Shown here one piece after another: positions 9,672 through 19,459 of a stretch of 64,000 nt of DNA. A program made the position numbers and the translations under genes. This stretch comes from Alphaproteobacteria bacterium (GTDB lineage Bacteria > Pseudomonadota > Alphaproteobacteria > SHVV01), in NCBI GenBank assembly GCA_965261735.1, contig OZ253470.1:160001-224000 (forward strand). Reading direction: 5' to 3'. Every line of letters begins with the position of its first letter. Position 1 is the stretch's first letter. The notes beneath the pieces are model-generated. The model saw only the letters and a list, made by a program, of their open reading frames with translations, made no database searches and was not told the origin of the DNA.

Positions 9672-10847
9672 ATGAAGATCGTTACCGAGAGCGCGGAATT
9701 GGCCGCGCTATGCCCGGCATTCGCGGCCTCGCCCTACGTCGCCGTCGACACCGAGTTCATGCGCGAGACGACGTATTGGCCCAAGCTCTGCTTCGTACAG
9801 CTCGCCGCGGGGGGCCAGACGGCGGCCATCGATACGCTCGCCGAGGGTCTTGTTCTGGACCCGCTCTTCGACCTGATGCGTGCCACAGAGACGCTCAAGG
9901 TCTTTCATGCCGGGCGCCAGGACCTCGAGATTTTCCATCACCTGGGAGGCGTCATTCCGACGCCCCTGTTCGACACCCAGGTCGCGGCGATGGTCTGCGG
10001 GTTCGGCGACTCGGTGGCTTATGATCGGCTCGTCGCCAAGCTCGTTGGCGCGCGCATCGACAAGACCTCGCGCTACTCCGACTGGTCGCGACGCCCGCTC
10101 ACCGAGCGGCAGGTCCGCTATGCGCTCGACGACGTCGTCCATCTCGGCGCCGTTTATGAGACGCTCGCCCGGCAGCTCGAGTCCTCGGGCCGGACACGAT
10201 GGCTCGATGAGGAGATGGCCGTGCTGAGCGATCCCGCGACCTACGAGGCCCCGCCCGACGCCGCGTGGCGGCGCATCAAGGCGCGCAACACGAGCCCGCG
10301 CTTCCTTGCCGTGCTGCGCGAGGTCGCGGCATGGCGCGAGATCGAGGCGCAGACTCGCGACGTCCCGCGCAACCGAGTCCTGCGCGACGAGGCCTTGCTT
10401 GAGATTGCCGGCACGGTCCCGCGGACGAATGATGCGCTCGAACGCATCCGCGCGGTGCCGGGCCGTTTCGCCGCCGGCGAGCGGGCCAAGCCCCTGCTCG
10501 CCGCGATCGCGCGCGGCGCCGAGGCAACCGACGAGGAGCTCCCCCACTCCGAGCGCAGGCCCGCGCTTCCCGGGGGCCTCGGTCCCCTCGTCGATCTCCT
10601 CAAGGTGTTGCTCAAGACCAAGTGCGAGGCTAACGACGTTGCCCAGAAGTTGGTCGCGAACACCGCCGACCTCGAGCGCATCGCCGCCGAGGCCCACGCC
10701 GACGTGCCGGCGCTTAAGGGCTGGCGGAACGAGCTATTCGGGCGCGACGCCCTGGCGCTGAAGGCCGGCCGGCTCGCGTTGGCCGCCGACCGCCGCGGTG
10801 TGCGGCTCGTCACCGTCGACGGAGCGGGCCGCGCGCCCAAAAACTAG
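9672..10847 (+). CDS. rnd: Ribonuclease D
   Basis: [34 protein letters not shown] domain. Confidence 0.96.
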   Translation: MKIVTESAELAALCPAFAASPYVAVDTEFMRETTYWPKLCFVQLAAGGQTAAIDTLAEGLVLDPLFDLMRATETLKVFHAGRQDLEIFHHLGGVIPTPLFDTQVAAMVCGFGDSVAYDRLVAKLVGARIDKTSRYSDWSRRPLTERQVRYALDDVVHLGAVYETLARQLESSGRTRWLDEEMAVLSDPATYEAPPDAAWRRIKARNTSPRFLAVLREVAAWREIEAQTRDVPRNRVLRDEALLEIAGTVPRTNDALERIRAVPGRFAAGERAKPLLAAIARGAEATDEELPHSERRPALPGGLGPLVDLLKVLLKTKCEANDVAQKLVANTADLERIAAEAHADVPALKGWRNELFGRDALALKAGRLALAADRRGVRLVTVDGAGRAPKN

Positions 10848-12382
10848 GTGTTCGTGGGCCCGACCATGGCGGCGCTCATGCCCGCGACTTCGACGTGCGC
10901 CGACTTGCCCACGGCCTCTGCGAGCTTGTCGAGGCGGCGGCGCACGACCTCACCCATCAGGTCGCGGCCGTCGGGCGATAGCCGCAACGTGAGTCGATCG
11001 CCGGTACACTCCAGCGCTACGTTGGCGAGGGCTTGCGCCGAGGGTGGAATCAGCGTGTGGGCGAGCCGCAGGGCGATGCCGATCTTGCGCGCCTCTTCGG
11101 CGGAAGCATCCGTGATCAAGCCATTGACCCGGGCCGCCGCGGCTCCGACGATGCCGCCGTCATAGCGCGCATGCACTGCTAGCCCGACGAACACCCGGCC
11201 GGGGTGATCGATACCGGCCAGGGGCGCGCTCAGGACGTGCTGCAGGGCCTCCTCGGCTCGGTAGTCGGACTGGGCGCGCCAGGCAATGTCGCTGAGGATA
11301 CAGGCCGCATGGCGAAGGCGTGCGGCGGCGGCGCTCTCGCCGGAAAAGAGGGGCGCCGTCCAATCCCTGAGGACCGAGCCGTGCTCCCGCAACCGCCCGG
11401 CCCAGGCGACCAGCCCGAGACAGCCCTCGATCAGCGGATCCTGGCGTTGGACCGCCAGGGGTAAGCGGTCGTAGACGAGGCCTTCGCGAAGCCCGTGGGC
11501 CGAGAACACGACGCGGTCGGGCTTGCCGAGGTCGAGCAATCGAACGAGTGTGAGCGCGCCGAGCGGTAGGACATCACGGCGTTTGCGCGGGATACCGTTC
11601 CGCCGTGCGGCGTCCGGGCTGTCGAGCCCGGAGATATCGTCCGCCAACGCACGGATCTCGGCCCGCGGCAGCATGTAGTGGTGGAGCACCCGCAACGGGT
11701 AGTCGCGTTCCGCGATATGCAGCCGGGCCAGGGCGCGCCAAGCGCCGCCAACGGCATAAAACGCCCGCCCCTCGAGATCGGCGAGCCAGGGGACCTCGTG
11801 GAGCGCCGCATCGATGGTCGCTCGGGCGGCTCGCGCATCGCCCGTCCTCTTGAGGCGGAGCGGTCCGAGCGGCAGGGTTGCACCGGCGCCAGGCACGCCG
11901 TGGTCGAGGGCGACCAGCTCGACGCTGCCGCCGCCGATATCGCCCATGACGCCATCGGCGTCAGGAATGCCCGAGATGACGCCGAGGGCGGCCAGGCGGC
12001 CCTCCTCCTCGCCCGACAGTACGCGCACCTGGAGGCCGCACACGTCGGCGATCGAGGCGACGAAGTCGGCGCCGTCCACGGCCTCGCGTACCGCCGCCGT
12101 CGCCACCACGTCGACCAGCTCGACCTTCATGGCACCGGCCAGCGCCACGTAGCGCTTGAGCGTGGCCCGGGCGAGGCGCGTGCCGTCGGGATCGAGCCGG
12201 CCGGTGACCGGCAGGCCGCGGCCGAGCCCGCACAGCACGCTCTCATTGAATATCGGCGCCGGTGCCCGGCTCAGTCCGTCGTGCGTGACCATGCGCACCG
12301 AGTTCGACCCGATATCGATGATCGCAACCGGACCGCTCGTGGCGTCCGGCCCGGGCTGGAGGCCGCCGGTTTGAGCCACCAT
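10844..12382 (-). CDS. ppx: Exopolyphosphatase Ppx/GppA
   Basis: IDIGSNSVR, ATAAVREA, DIGGGSVEL, GLREG. Confidence 0.95.
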   Translation of the reverse strand: MVAQTGGLQPGPDATSGPVAIIDIGSNSVRMVTHDGLSRAPAPIFNESVLCGLGRGLPVTGRLDPDGTRLARATLKRYVALAGAMKVELVDVVATAAVREAVDGADFVASIADVCGLQVRVLSGEEEGRLAALGVISGIPDADGVMGDIGGGSVELVALDHGVPGAGATLPLGPLRLKRTGDARAARATIDAALHEVPWLADLEGRAFYAVGGAWRALARLHIAERDYPLRVLHHYMLPRAEIRALADDISGLDSPDAARRNGIPRKRRDVLPLGALTLVRLLDLGKPDRVVFSAHGLREGLVYDRLPLAVQRQDPLIEGCLGLVAWAGRLREHGSVLRDWTAPLFSGESAAAARLRHAACILSDIAWRAQSDYRAEEALQHVLSAPLAGIDHPGRVFVGLAVHARYDGGIVGAAAARVNGLITDASAEEARKIGIALRLAHTLIPPSAQALANVALECTGDRLTLRLSPDGRDLMGEVVRRRLDKLAEAVGKSAHVEVAGMSAAMVGPTNT

Positions 12383-12384
12383 GT

Positions 12385-14538
12385 CTACGGGTTGTGGTGG
12401 ACGAGCTCCGGCCCCGAGGCAGCCCTCAGAGCCTTTCCCCGCCCCGACAGGCTCGGGTTGGTCATAAAGAACTCATACGCGCTAAAGGCGTCGGCCCCTT
12501 GCGGCGCGCGCCGGTAGGTGCCGTCGGACCGTAGCTGCCAAGACTGTGTTTCATCCCTGAGATTACACACCATTATTTGGTCGAGGACCTGCTCGTGCAC
12601 CGTCGGGTTGGCGATCGGAACCATTGTCTCGACGCGCCAGTCGAAATTGCGCGGCATCCAGTCGGCCGAGGTGATGTAGACCTTGGCGTCGGGTGAGGGC
12701 AGGCCGTGGCCGGCGCCGAAGCATAGGATGCGGGAATGTTCGAGAAACCGGCCGACCATGCTTTTGATGCGGATGTTTTCCGATAGACCCGGCACGCCGG
12801 CGCGCAGGCAGCAGATACCGCGCACGACCAGATCCACCGACACACCCGCCTGCGAGGCGCGGTACAGCGCATCGATGGCCTCGGGGTCGACGAGGGCATT
12901 CATTTTCGCCCAGACCGCGGCCGGGCGGCCGGCGCGCGCGTGGGCGATCTCGTCGCCGATCAGCCCGAGGACCGTGGCGCGCAGGTCGCTCGGTGAAACC
13001 ACGAGCGATTCGTAGCGCTCGGGCTCGGCGTAGCCGGTGAGGTAGTTGAACAGGCGCATGGCGTCACGGCCCAGCGCCGAATCGGCCGTGAAGAAAGAAA
13101 GGTCGGTATAGATCTTGGCGGTGACCGGGTGGTAGTTCCCGGTGCCGAAGTGGACGTAGGAGCGTACCGCGTTGCCCTCGCGCCGGACCACGAGCGAGAC
13201 TTTGGCATGGGTCTTGAGGTTCATGAAGCCGTAGACCACCTGCACGCCCGAGCGTTCCATGTCCCGGGCCCAGCGGATGTTGGCTTCCTCGTCGAAGCGC
13301 GCCTTGAGCTCGACCAGCGCGGTCACCGACTTGCCTGCGTCGGCGGCTGCGATCAGCGCCCTCACGATGGGCGAATCCTCGCTCGTGCGATAGAGCGTCT
13401 GCTTGATCGCCAGCACGTCCGGATCGGCCGCGGCCTGACGAATGAACTGCACCACGACGTCGAAACTCTCGTAGGGGTGATGGACGATAATGTCCTTGTT
13501 GCGAATCGCCGCCAGGCAGTCGCCGCCAAAATCGCGAATGCGCTCCGGGAAGCGCGGCGGATAGGGCGTGAATTTGAGGTCCGGGCGGTCGTCGACGAGG
13601 AGCTGATCGGTGTCGACGAGACCGACGATGCCGTCGACGACGACGATCATCGAGTCGGCGACCTCGAGTCGCTCGGCGACAAAGCGCAGCAGGTCCTGGG
13701 GCATCGCCGCGTCGACCTTGAGGCGAATGACGCGCCCGAGGCGGCGGCGCTTGAGCGCGGATTCGAAGAACCGCACCAGGTCGTCGGCCTCTTCCTCGAC
13801 CTCGATGTCGCTATCGCGCAGGACACGGAATTGTCCGCGGCCGACGACCTCGTACCCGGGGAACAGACGGTCGACGAACAGCTCGATCGTGTCCTCAACG
13901 GACAGAAATCGAATACGCTCGCCGGGGAGGCGCACGAATCTATCGACCTGCGGCGGCAGCCGGAGCAGCGCGTTCATCGCCCGCCCGTCGGCGTGGCGGC
14001 GCAGCTCGAGGACGAGCCCGGAGCCGAGATTGGGTATGAAGGGGAACGGGTGTGCCGGGTCTACGGCAATCGGCGTCAACACCGGGAAGATGTGCTCGAG
14101 AAACCGGTTCTCAAGCCATGCCCGCTCGCTCTTCGTCACCTCCTCGACGCCGATCACGGCGATGCCCGCCGCACGTAACTCGCGCCGCACCGTGCGCCAG
14201 GTATCTTGCTGCCGTTTCGTCAGCGCTTTCGCCCCCTCGACAACGCGGTCGAGTTGCTGCGCGGGCGAGAGCCCGTCCTGGCTCACTTCCTCGATGCCCG
14301 CCATCACCTGTTGGCGCAGGCCGGCGACCCGCACCATGTAGAACTCGTCGAGGTTGAACGCCGAAATCGACAGAAATCGGACGCGCTCAAGCAGCGGGTG
14401 GGCCGTGTTATCGGCCTCCTCGAGGACACGCTCGTTGAACGACAGCCAGGACAGCTCGCGGTTGATGAACCGGCGGCTGTCGGTAATGCCGATGGTCTCG
14501 ACTGCCGACCCCCGGGCGGGGTCAGGAGTGTTCACCAC
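12385..14538 (-). CDS. ppk1: Polyphosphate kinase 1
   Basis: [31 protein letters not shown]. Confidence 0.98.
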   Translation of the reverse strand: MVNTPDPARGSAVETIGITDSRRFINRELSWLSFNERVLEEADNTAHPLLERVRFLSISAFNLDEFYMVRVAGLRQQVMAGIEEVSQDGLSPAQQLDRVVEGAKALTKRQQDTWRTVRRELRAAGIAVIGVEEVTKSERAWLENRFLEHIFPVLTPIAVDPAHPFPFIPNLGSGLVLELRRHADGRAMNALLRLPPQVDRFVRLPGERIRFLSVEDTIELFVDRLFPGYEVVGRGQFRVLRDSDIEVEEEADDLVRFFESALKRRRLGRVIRLKVDAAMPQDLLRFVAERLEVADSMIVVVDGIVGLVDTDQLLVDDRPDLKFTPYPPRFPERIRDFGGDCLAAIRNKDIIVHHPYESFDVVVQFIRQAAADPDVLAIKQTLYRTSEDSPIVRALIAAADAGKSVTALVELKARFDEEANIRWARDMERSGVQVVYGFMNLKTHAKVSLVVRREGNAVRSYVHFGTGNYHPVTAKIYTDLSFFTADSALGRDAMRLFNYLTGYAEPERYESLVVSPSDLRATVLGLIGDEIAHARAGRPAAVWAKMNALVDPEAIDALYRASQAGVSVDLVVRGICCLRAGVPGLSENIRIKSMVGRFLEHSRILCFGAGHGLPSPDAKVYITSADWMPRNFDWRVETMVPIANPTVHEQVLDQIMVCNLRDETQSWQLRSDGTYRRAPQGADAFSAYEFFMTNPSLSGRGKALRAASGPELVHHNP

Positions 14539-14649
14539 GGGTTCCCTCGTTCATACACCGTTCGGCAGCGGTCGCGCCGGCGCACGCTACAACAGAACGA
14601 AACCAGTGTCATGACGCGGCGCCGGCGGGTACTGGCCTAATTCGGCCAC

Positions 14650-15263
14650 TCATGGCTGACCGCCCTTGATTACCGTGAACCGTCCGACCTTCCGACCTTG
14701 CGGCTCAGGCAGCGTGCCATCGAGCGCCGCGTCCAACAACTCGCCAATCGTCCAGATATGGTCGGTCACGTCCAAGGCCATTGCGGGCGTGATCCGCCAG
14801 GGCCTGGTGGACCCGTCAGAGATTGTAGTGCGCCACGTAGAGGCTCACGGCTGCCGCGTGGTTCTCTAGCTTCTTGGAGAAGCCGTTGCTGAGGCGGGCA
14901 AAACGCTTCTGGCCCATGCGGAGGGTGAGATTCTGGCGCTCGACGTAGGACGTTGCAATGTGCCGGGGGAAGCCGACTACCCGCTGGCGGCTTACGGCTA
15001 CTACTACGGCTGGGGAGTAGCGTCGGGCTGCCTCTAGGCCGGGGTCTGTCGCGTAGTGCTTTTCGATGGTGCCGAACCGGCAATCGTTTCCGAATGCCCG
15101 CTCGACAGCATCCGGATAGGCTGAGAACGCATCGGAGGAAATCTCTGGCGCGCCCAGCACCCGGTCCCGCAGGTCCGCCAGGAAGGCACGGGTGTTCTCG
15201 CCGTTCCGCTTGCCGACGCGGTAGCTCACGATGGCCTTCGCGCTATCGGCCAGGGCAATGAAA
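14650..15263 (-). pseudogene. IS1-like transposase, C-terminal half
   Basis: ISSDAF, TSYVERQNLTLRM, FSKKLENH, TPAMA motifs; TGA at 14816-14818 and a +1 frameshift just downstream. Confidence 0.85.
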
Positions 15264-15348
15264 CCCGCATTTCCCAGGTAGCTCATCTATTTGATGCCGT
15301 TTCCACTTGATTTTGTTATAAGAATCATAGGTTTAGGCTAGATAGAGG

Positions 15349-16705
15349 GTGGATCGCATGCGGAACCCGGAGGGTGAATCGGATCGGCGGCCTCTGCGGC
15401 CTTGTTTAGACCGTCGCCTGAAGCTGGAGTTCCACGGTTCACGGGTCACGTCGGACGCCGGTCTGCTCGCCTATCGGGAACTCGATGATATCCTTGGCCT
15501 CACCGCCCTGGCGAGCAATGTCCTGGCTGACAGCCGGACGGGCAAGAACGGCTGGCACGACGTTGTCGGACTGCTGCGTCAGTCCGTCTATGGACGTCTC
15601 GCCGGATATGAGGACGTGAACGACGCCGACCGGTTGGGGCGCGATCCTGCGATGCGGTGGATCGTCGGCGGAAAGGCCGTCGAGCGCGGCGGCGCATCGA
15701 CCAGCCAGATGAGCCGCTTGGAGACCGAGTTGCTGTCCAAGGACGAGAACCTCACCTCCCTTGCCGACCTGTCCGGGCTTTGGATCGACCGGGTTCACGA
15801 CCGCCGGCCGCCGGTCAAGATCATTCTCGATATGGATTCCAGCGTCAGCCCGACCTACGGTGACCAGGAGGGCACGGCCTACAACGGTCACTTTGGCTGC
15901 ACCTGTTATCATCCCCTGTTCCTGTTCAATCAGTTTGGCGACCTGGAGCGATGTCGCCTACGTCCCGGCAACGTTCACAGTGCCGATGGATGGCGCGACG
16001 TTCTGGAGCCGGTGGTAGAACGCTACAAGGCCACGAAGGTTCGGCTCTATTTTCGCGGTGACGCGGCGTTTGCCTCGCCGGACATTTACGAATACCTCGA
16101 AGCCGAGGGCTTTCTGTATGCGATCCGCCTTCCGGCCGACACGGTTCTCCAGGAAAGCATCGCCCACCTGTTGACCCGGCCCGTTGGTCGGCCGCCCAAC
16201 CATGTTCGCCGCTACTACACCAACTTCAGCTATCAGGCCGGTTCGTGGAACAAGAAACGTCGTGTGGTTGCCAAGGTCGAATGGCATCCCGGCGAACTGT
16301 ACCCCCGCGTCGGCTTCATCGTCACCAACCTGAGTCGTCCTGCCGAGCGGGTGGTTGCGTTCTACAATCAGCGCGGCACCGCCGAGCAATGGATCAAGGA
16401 AGGCAAGAACGCCATCAAGTGGACGCTTGTCCTGCCGCAAGTTCGACCACAATGCCGTCCGGCTCCAGCTGCATGCACTGGCCTATAACCTCGGCAACTT
16501 CATGCGCACCCTGGCGTTGCCCGATTCCGTGGAGCAGTGGTCGCTGACGACGCTGCGGGAGAAGCTGATCAAGATCGGCGCGAAGATCGTCCGCCACGGC
16601 CGCTACGTCATCTTCCAGATGGCCGAGGTCGCCATCCCGAGAGACCTCTTCGCCGACATCCTGCGCCGCATCGACCGGCTCAGACCGACGCGCACTCCGG
16701 CATGA
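15349..16705 (+). pseudogene. IS1380 transposase, frameshifted near 16425
   Basis: VTSDAGLL, LDMDSS, CYHPLF, RGDAAF, YNQRGTAEQWIKEGK; AIKWT/RLSCR split across two frames. Confidence 0.9.
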
Positions 16706-16849
16706 CCGACGGCATCCCGCTCATCCACGCAGACGACAGGATCGGTGCATCTGGTATGCAGCAGAAGAGTCCGTTTGCCCCGCCACCCCCGCCAATTGTC
16801 CCTCCATCCGATGGAATCGGATTACAGGCGGCCGCAGGACGCAAGCCAG

Positions 16850-16878
16850 TTGCAATGCGAGCGGTTCCGAGTCACGAT
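16850..16878 (+). promoter_or_regulatory. Putative outward sigma-70 promoter of IS1380
   Basis: TTGCAA-17 bp-CACGAT, about 40 bp upstream of the cargo gene. Confidence 0.45.
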
Positions 16879-16913
16879 CAACTCGCCGATGAGGTGTCCG
16901 AAGGAGCGGTTGG

Positions 16914-17669
16914 GTGAGCATGTATGAGAAGCTTTCTGAAAGACTGATGGCTGCTCTGCATATGGCGGTACCGCCGGTGGCGGTCAGTTTTCCAAGCCGA
17001 GCACCGTCGGCGATGGCCAGGCCGGCAACCCCGGTAGCGGCTGGCTGTGCATTCTGGGAGCAAGGGGCAAATCGAGCGGTAACTACTACCGCGAGTGACC
17101 ATCGCTTCTGCTCTATCGGGATACACACCCATAACATCGCTGGAGCACCCGACTCCCAAGCGGGCGAACTGCAGGATGCGCTCGCGGCCATGCAGGGCTT
17201 GGACTATGTGCGGCCCGACGAGGTTGCAGCCCTTCCGGTTATGAAGAATTCGGTATCCTATGTTGTCTATTGCCCCTTGGGAGAGATGGCAGAGCAACCC
17301 CAGGTAGTGCTGCTGTTTGCACATTCCGCCCAGGGCTTGGTGTTATCCGAGGCATTGGCGCGGGTGGACGGCGCCGTGCCAATCGCCATGGGGAGACCTG
17401 CCTGTGCACTGATTCCCCAGGTTGCAAACAGTGCACGCTCGGCCGCGAGCTTGGGCTGCTGCGGCGCCCGAGCGTATCTCGACGTACTGAGTGATGATGT
17501 GGCAATGTGGGGTCTGCATGGTGGAAAGATCGAGCAGTATGTCTCGGAGATCGAGACCCTAGCCAAGGCTAACGCGATACTCACTCAGTTCCACGAACGA
17601 CGGCGCAGCGACATAGAGTCAGGCGAGTTGCCAAGTGTCGCCGAGTCCTTGTCCCGCCTGCCCGGTTAG
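16914..17669 (+). CDS. DUF169-family Cys-containing protein (cargo)
   Basis: PPVAVSF, GCAFW, DHRFCSIG, GRPACALIP, SLGCCGAR; start 16914 (GTG) or 16920 (ATG). Confidence 0.75.
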   Translation: MSMYEKLSERLMAALHMAVPPVAVSFPSRAPSAMARPATPVAAGCAFWEQGANRAVTTTASDHRFCSIGIHTHNIAGAPDSQAGELQDALAAMQGLDYVRPDEVAALPVMKNSVSYVVYCPLGEMAEQPQVVLLFAHSAQGLVLSEALARVDGAVPIAMGRPACALIPQVANSARSAASLGCCGARAYLDVLSDDVAMWGLHGGKIEQYVSEIETLAKANAILTQFHERRRSDIESGELPSVAESLSRLPG

Positions 17670-17705
17670 CCTCTTCTAAAGCGGATACGCGAGGCCATCC
17701 CCGTT

Positions 17706-17989
17706 ATGAAGGTTGTCCTGATCAACCCGTATGAGCTGGGCCGCCAACCCTTCGCCCTCGCGCAGCCGGCAGCGTGGCTCAAGGAAGCGGGTCACCAGGT
17801 GTGCTGCCTCGAGCTGTCCTTGCAGCAGTTAGACGATGTTGCACTGGGCCATGCCGAGCTTGTTGCCGTATACGTAGGCATGCATACAGCAGCTCGTATT
17901 GCCGCGGAGGCTTTGCCCCGCATCCGCGCGCTTGCGCCCCAGGCGCACGTTAGCGTCTACGGTCTATATGCTCCGATGAACGATGGTCT
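17706..17989 (+). pseudogene. N-terminal B12-binding fragment of a radical SAM protein (resembles CUAEP/CCAEP-tail family), cut by IS3
   Basis: MKVVLINPYELGRQPFALAQPAAWL...MHTAARIA...YGLYAPMN, then runs into the IS3 left end. Confidence 0.7.
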
Positions 17990-18215
17990 TGGAGTGACCC
18001 CCTAAAAGTGGTCCAGATTTGTTAAGAGAGTTTGGCGCATTTTGCCCCCTCGAAAGGAGGACAAAATGAGCCGTAAACGCTACACCCCAGAACAGATTAT
18101 CAGCATGTTGCGCGAAGCCGAGGTGGCCTTGGCGCAGGGCCAGTCCGTTGGTCAAGCTTGTCGCACGCTCGGCGTATCGGAGCAGAGTTACTATCGCTAG
18201 CGCAAGGAATATGGC
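17990..18215 (+). mobile_element. IS3-family (IS407-like) left-end fragment
   Basis: TG-starting IR TGGAGTGACCCCCTAAAAGTGGTCCA, RBS AGGAGG, orfA from 18066 MSRKRYTPEQII...SEQSYYR*RKEYG, truncated. Confidence 0.85.
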
Positions 18216-18493
18216 TGAAAACGTACTGGTCGCCGACGTTCGCGCCGTCCTCTGGCTTCACCATGCGCTGCTTCTTGGCGACGTAGGACCAGGCTTCGTC
18301 TAGTTCGATCCGGTTGACGTGAAGATCGCGCATCATCGCGTCATGGAGCTTGGCGCAACCAGCGCCGACGCTCGCGCCAAGTCGCATGATGGTGCCCCGG
18401 TTCGCGCCCGTCAGGCGCTCGGTGGCGCGAATGGAGCATCCCTCAGATAGTGCGGCGATTGCCGCCACCTGGCAGTCAAAAGGGAGAACGTTC
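18216..18493 (-). pseudogene. IS1-like transposase, N-terminal half
   Basis: (M)NVLPFDCQVAAIAALSEGCSIRATERLTG HTH and IELDEAWSYV; ATG broken by IS1595. Confidence 0.85.
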
Positions 18494-19066
18494 CTTGCCT
18501 ATCCGGTTTACACCCACACCCACTAGGGCTAGAATGGGCGCAACCCGGATATAGGGGAGCGCGCCATGGATGTTCTCGACCGCGCCGATCTCCCATTCCC
18601 GCATTCGCTACCCGAGTTCCAGCGACTTTTCCCCGATGATGCGGCCTGCGCCGCCTACCTGGAGAAAGCCCGCTGGGGAGACGGCTTTGCCTGCCCGCAC
18701 TGCGGCACGGCGGGAGAGCCGTTCCACTTTGAAAACCGCCCTGGCGTCCTGCGCTGCCGCAAGTGCCGCCAGAACACCGGGCTGACGGTGGGAACAGTGA
18801 TGGAGCGTAGCCACACTCCGCTGAACGTCTGGTTCTGGGCCGCTTATCTGGTCGCCAGTCAGACGCCCGGCATGTCCGCCGTGCAGTTTCAGCGGCAACT
18901 TGGTCTTTCGCGCTACGAGACGGCCTTTCAAATTCTCCACAAGCTCCGCTCGGGCATGGTGCGGCCCAACCAAGACAGGATCGGTGGACAGCCCAAGAAC
19001 CATGTTGAGGTGGACGAAACCTGGGTTGGCGGGCGAACGCGTGGGGAAGGCCGTGGTGTTCACCAC
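18494..19066 (+). mobile_element. IS1595 copy 2, left half only
   Basis: Near-identical to copy 3 up to GTGTTCACCAC, then unrelated sequence; no right IR or second TSD. Confidence 0.93.
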
Positions 19067-19378
19067 TATGATTCGCTTGAAGAAGAGCAAGAGGAGCCGA
19101 GTGAGGGGATGGTGGCTGTCACACCTGCGCTAAACAGCGATGAGCGTCTCCCTACTCAGGGAAAGGCACGGCACATACCGCTGTCAAGGCCGGGCGAGCG
19201 CACGCTGTTCTCATACAACTTCGAACCCTCGGGAAGCCTGAGGTTGGTCGTGGACGCGAGCGTTGATGTGGAGCAAGCGCTGCATGTCGTGGAGACGCTG
19301 GTCAAGGTGAAGCGAGAGGAACTCAAACTGATCAGTGAGCTAGCGGCTACACGACGGTCTGAGTCTGAACCAGAGTAG
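18566..19378 (+). CDS. Chimeric ORF: IS1595 transposase N-terminus fused in frame to C-terminus of an unknown passenger protein
   Basis: Junction ...GRGVHH/YDSLEEEQ... at 19066/19067; IS promoter TTTACA-17-TAGAAT (18507-18535) intact. Confidence 0.6.
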   Translation: MDVLDRADLPFPHSLPEFQRLFPDDAACAAYLEKARWGDGFACPHCGTAGEPFHFENRPGVLRCRKCRQNTGLTVGTVMERSHTPLNVWFWAAYLVASQTPGMSAVQFQRQLGLSRYETAFQILHKLRSGMVRPNQDRIGGQPKNHVEVDETWVGGRTRGEGRGVHHYDSLEEEQEEPSEGMVAVTPALNSDERLPTQGKARHIPLSRPGERTLFSYNFEPSGSLRLVVDASVDVEQALHVVETLVKVKREELKLISELAATRRSESEPE

Positions 19379-19459
19379 CCGCGCTTCAGGTGTCCCAACT
19401 TAGGACAAGCCACCCGGCTCTTCCTGGCAAACTAGGCCACCCAGCCTCAAACTCGGCCA

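Larger units (their letters stand above)
15264..18215 (+). mobile_element. IS1380-family transposition unit with captured cargo
   Basis: Starts CCCGCATTTCCCAGG; whole 2952-bp unit flanked by 5-bp TGAAA (15259-15263, 18216-18220); removal restores IS1-like transposase ...DQYVF/IALAD... Confidence 0.85.

Noticed and set aside
7780-9675. Long antisense ORFs (631 aa here, 896 aa at 27137-29827, and others)
   Set aside because: Shadow frames opposite real genes, expected from high-GC codon bias; no protein motifs
16415-16435. Programmed frameshift in IS1380 (or IS1595 at 59425)
   Set aside because: No slippery heptamer; both families use single ORFs, and the other IS1595 copies lack the extra base
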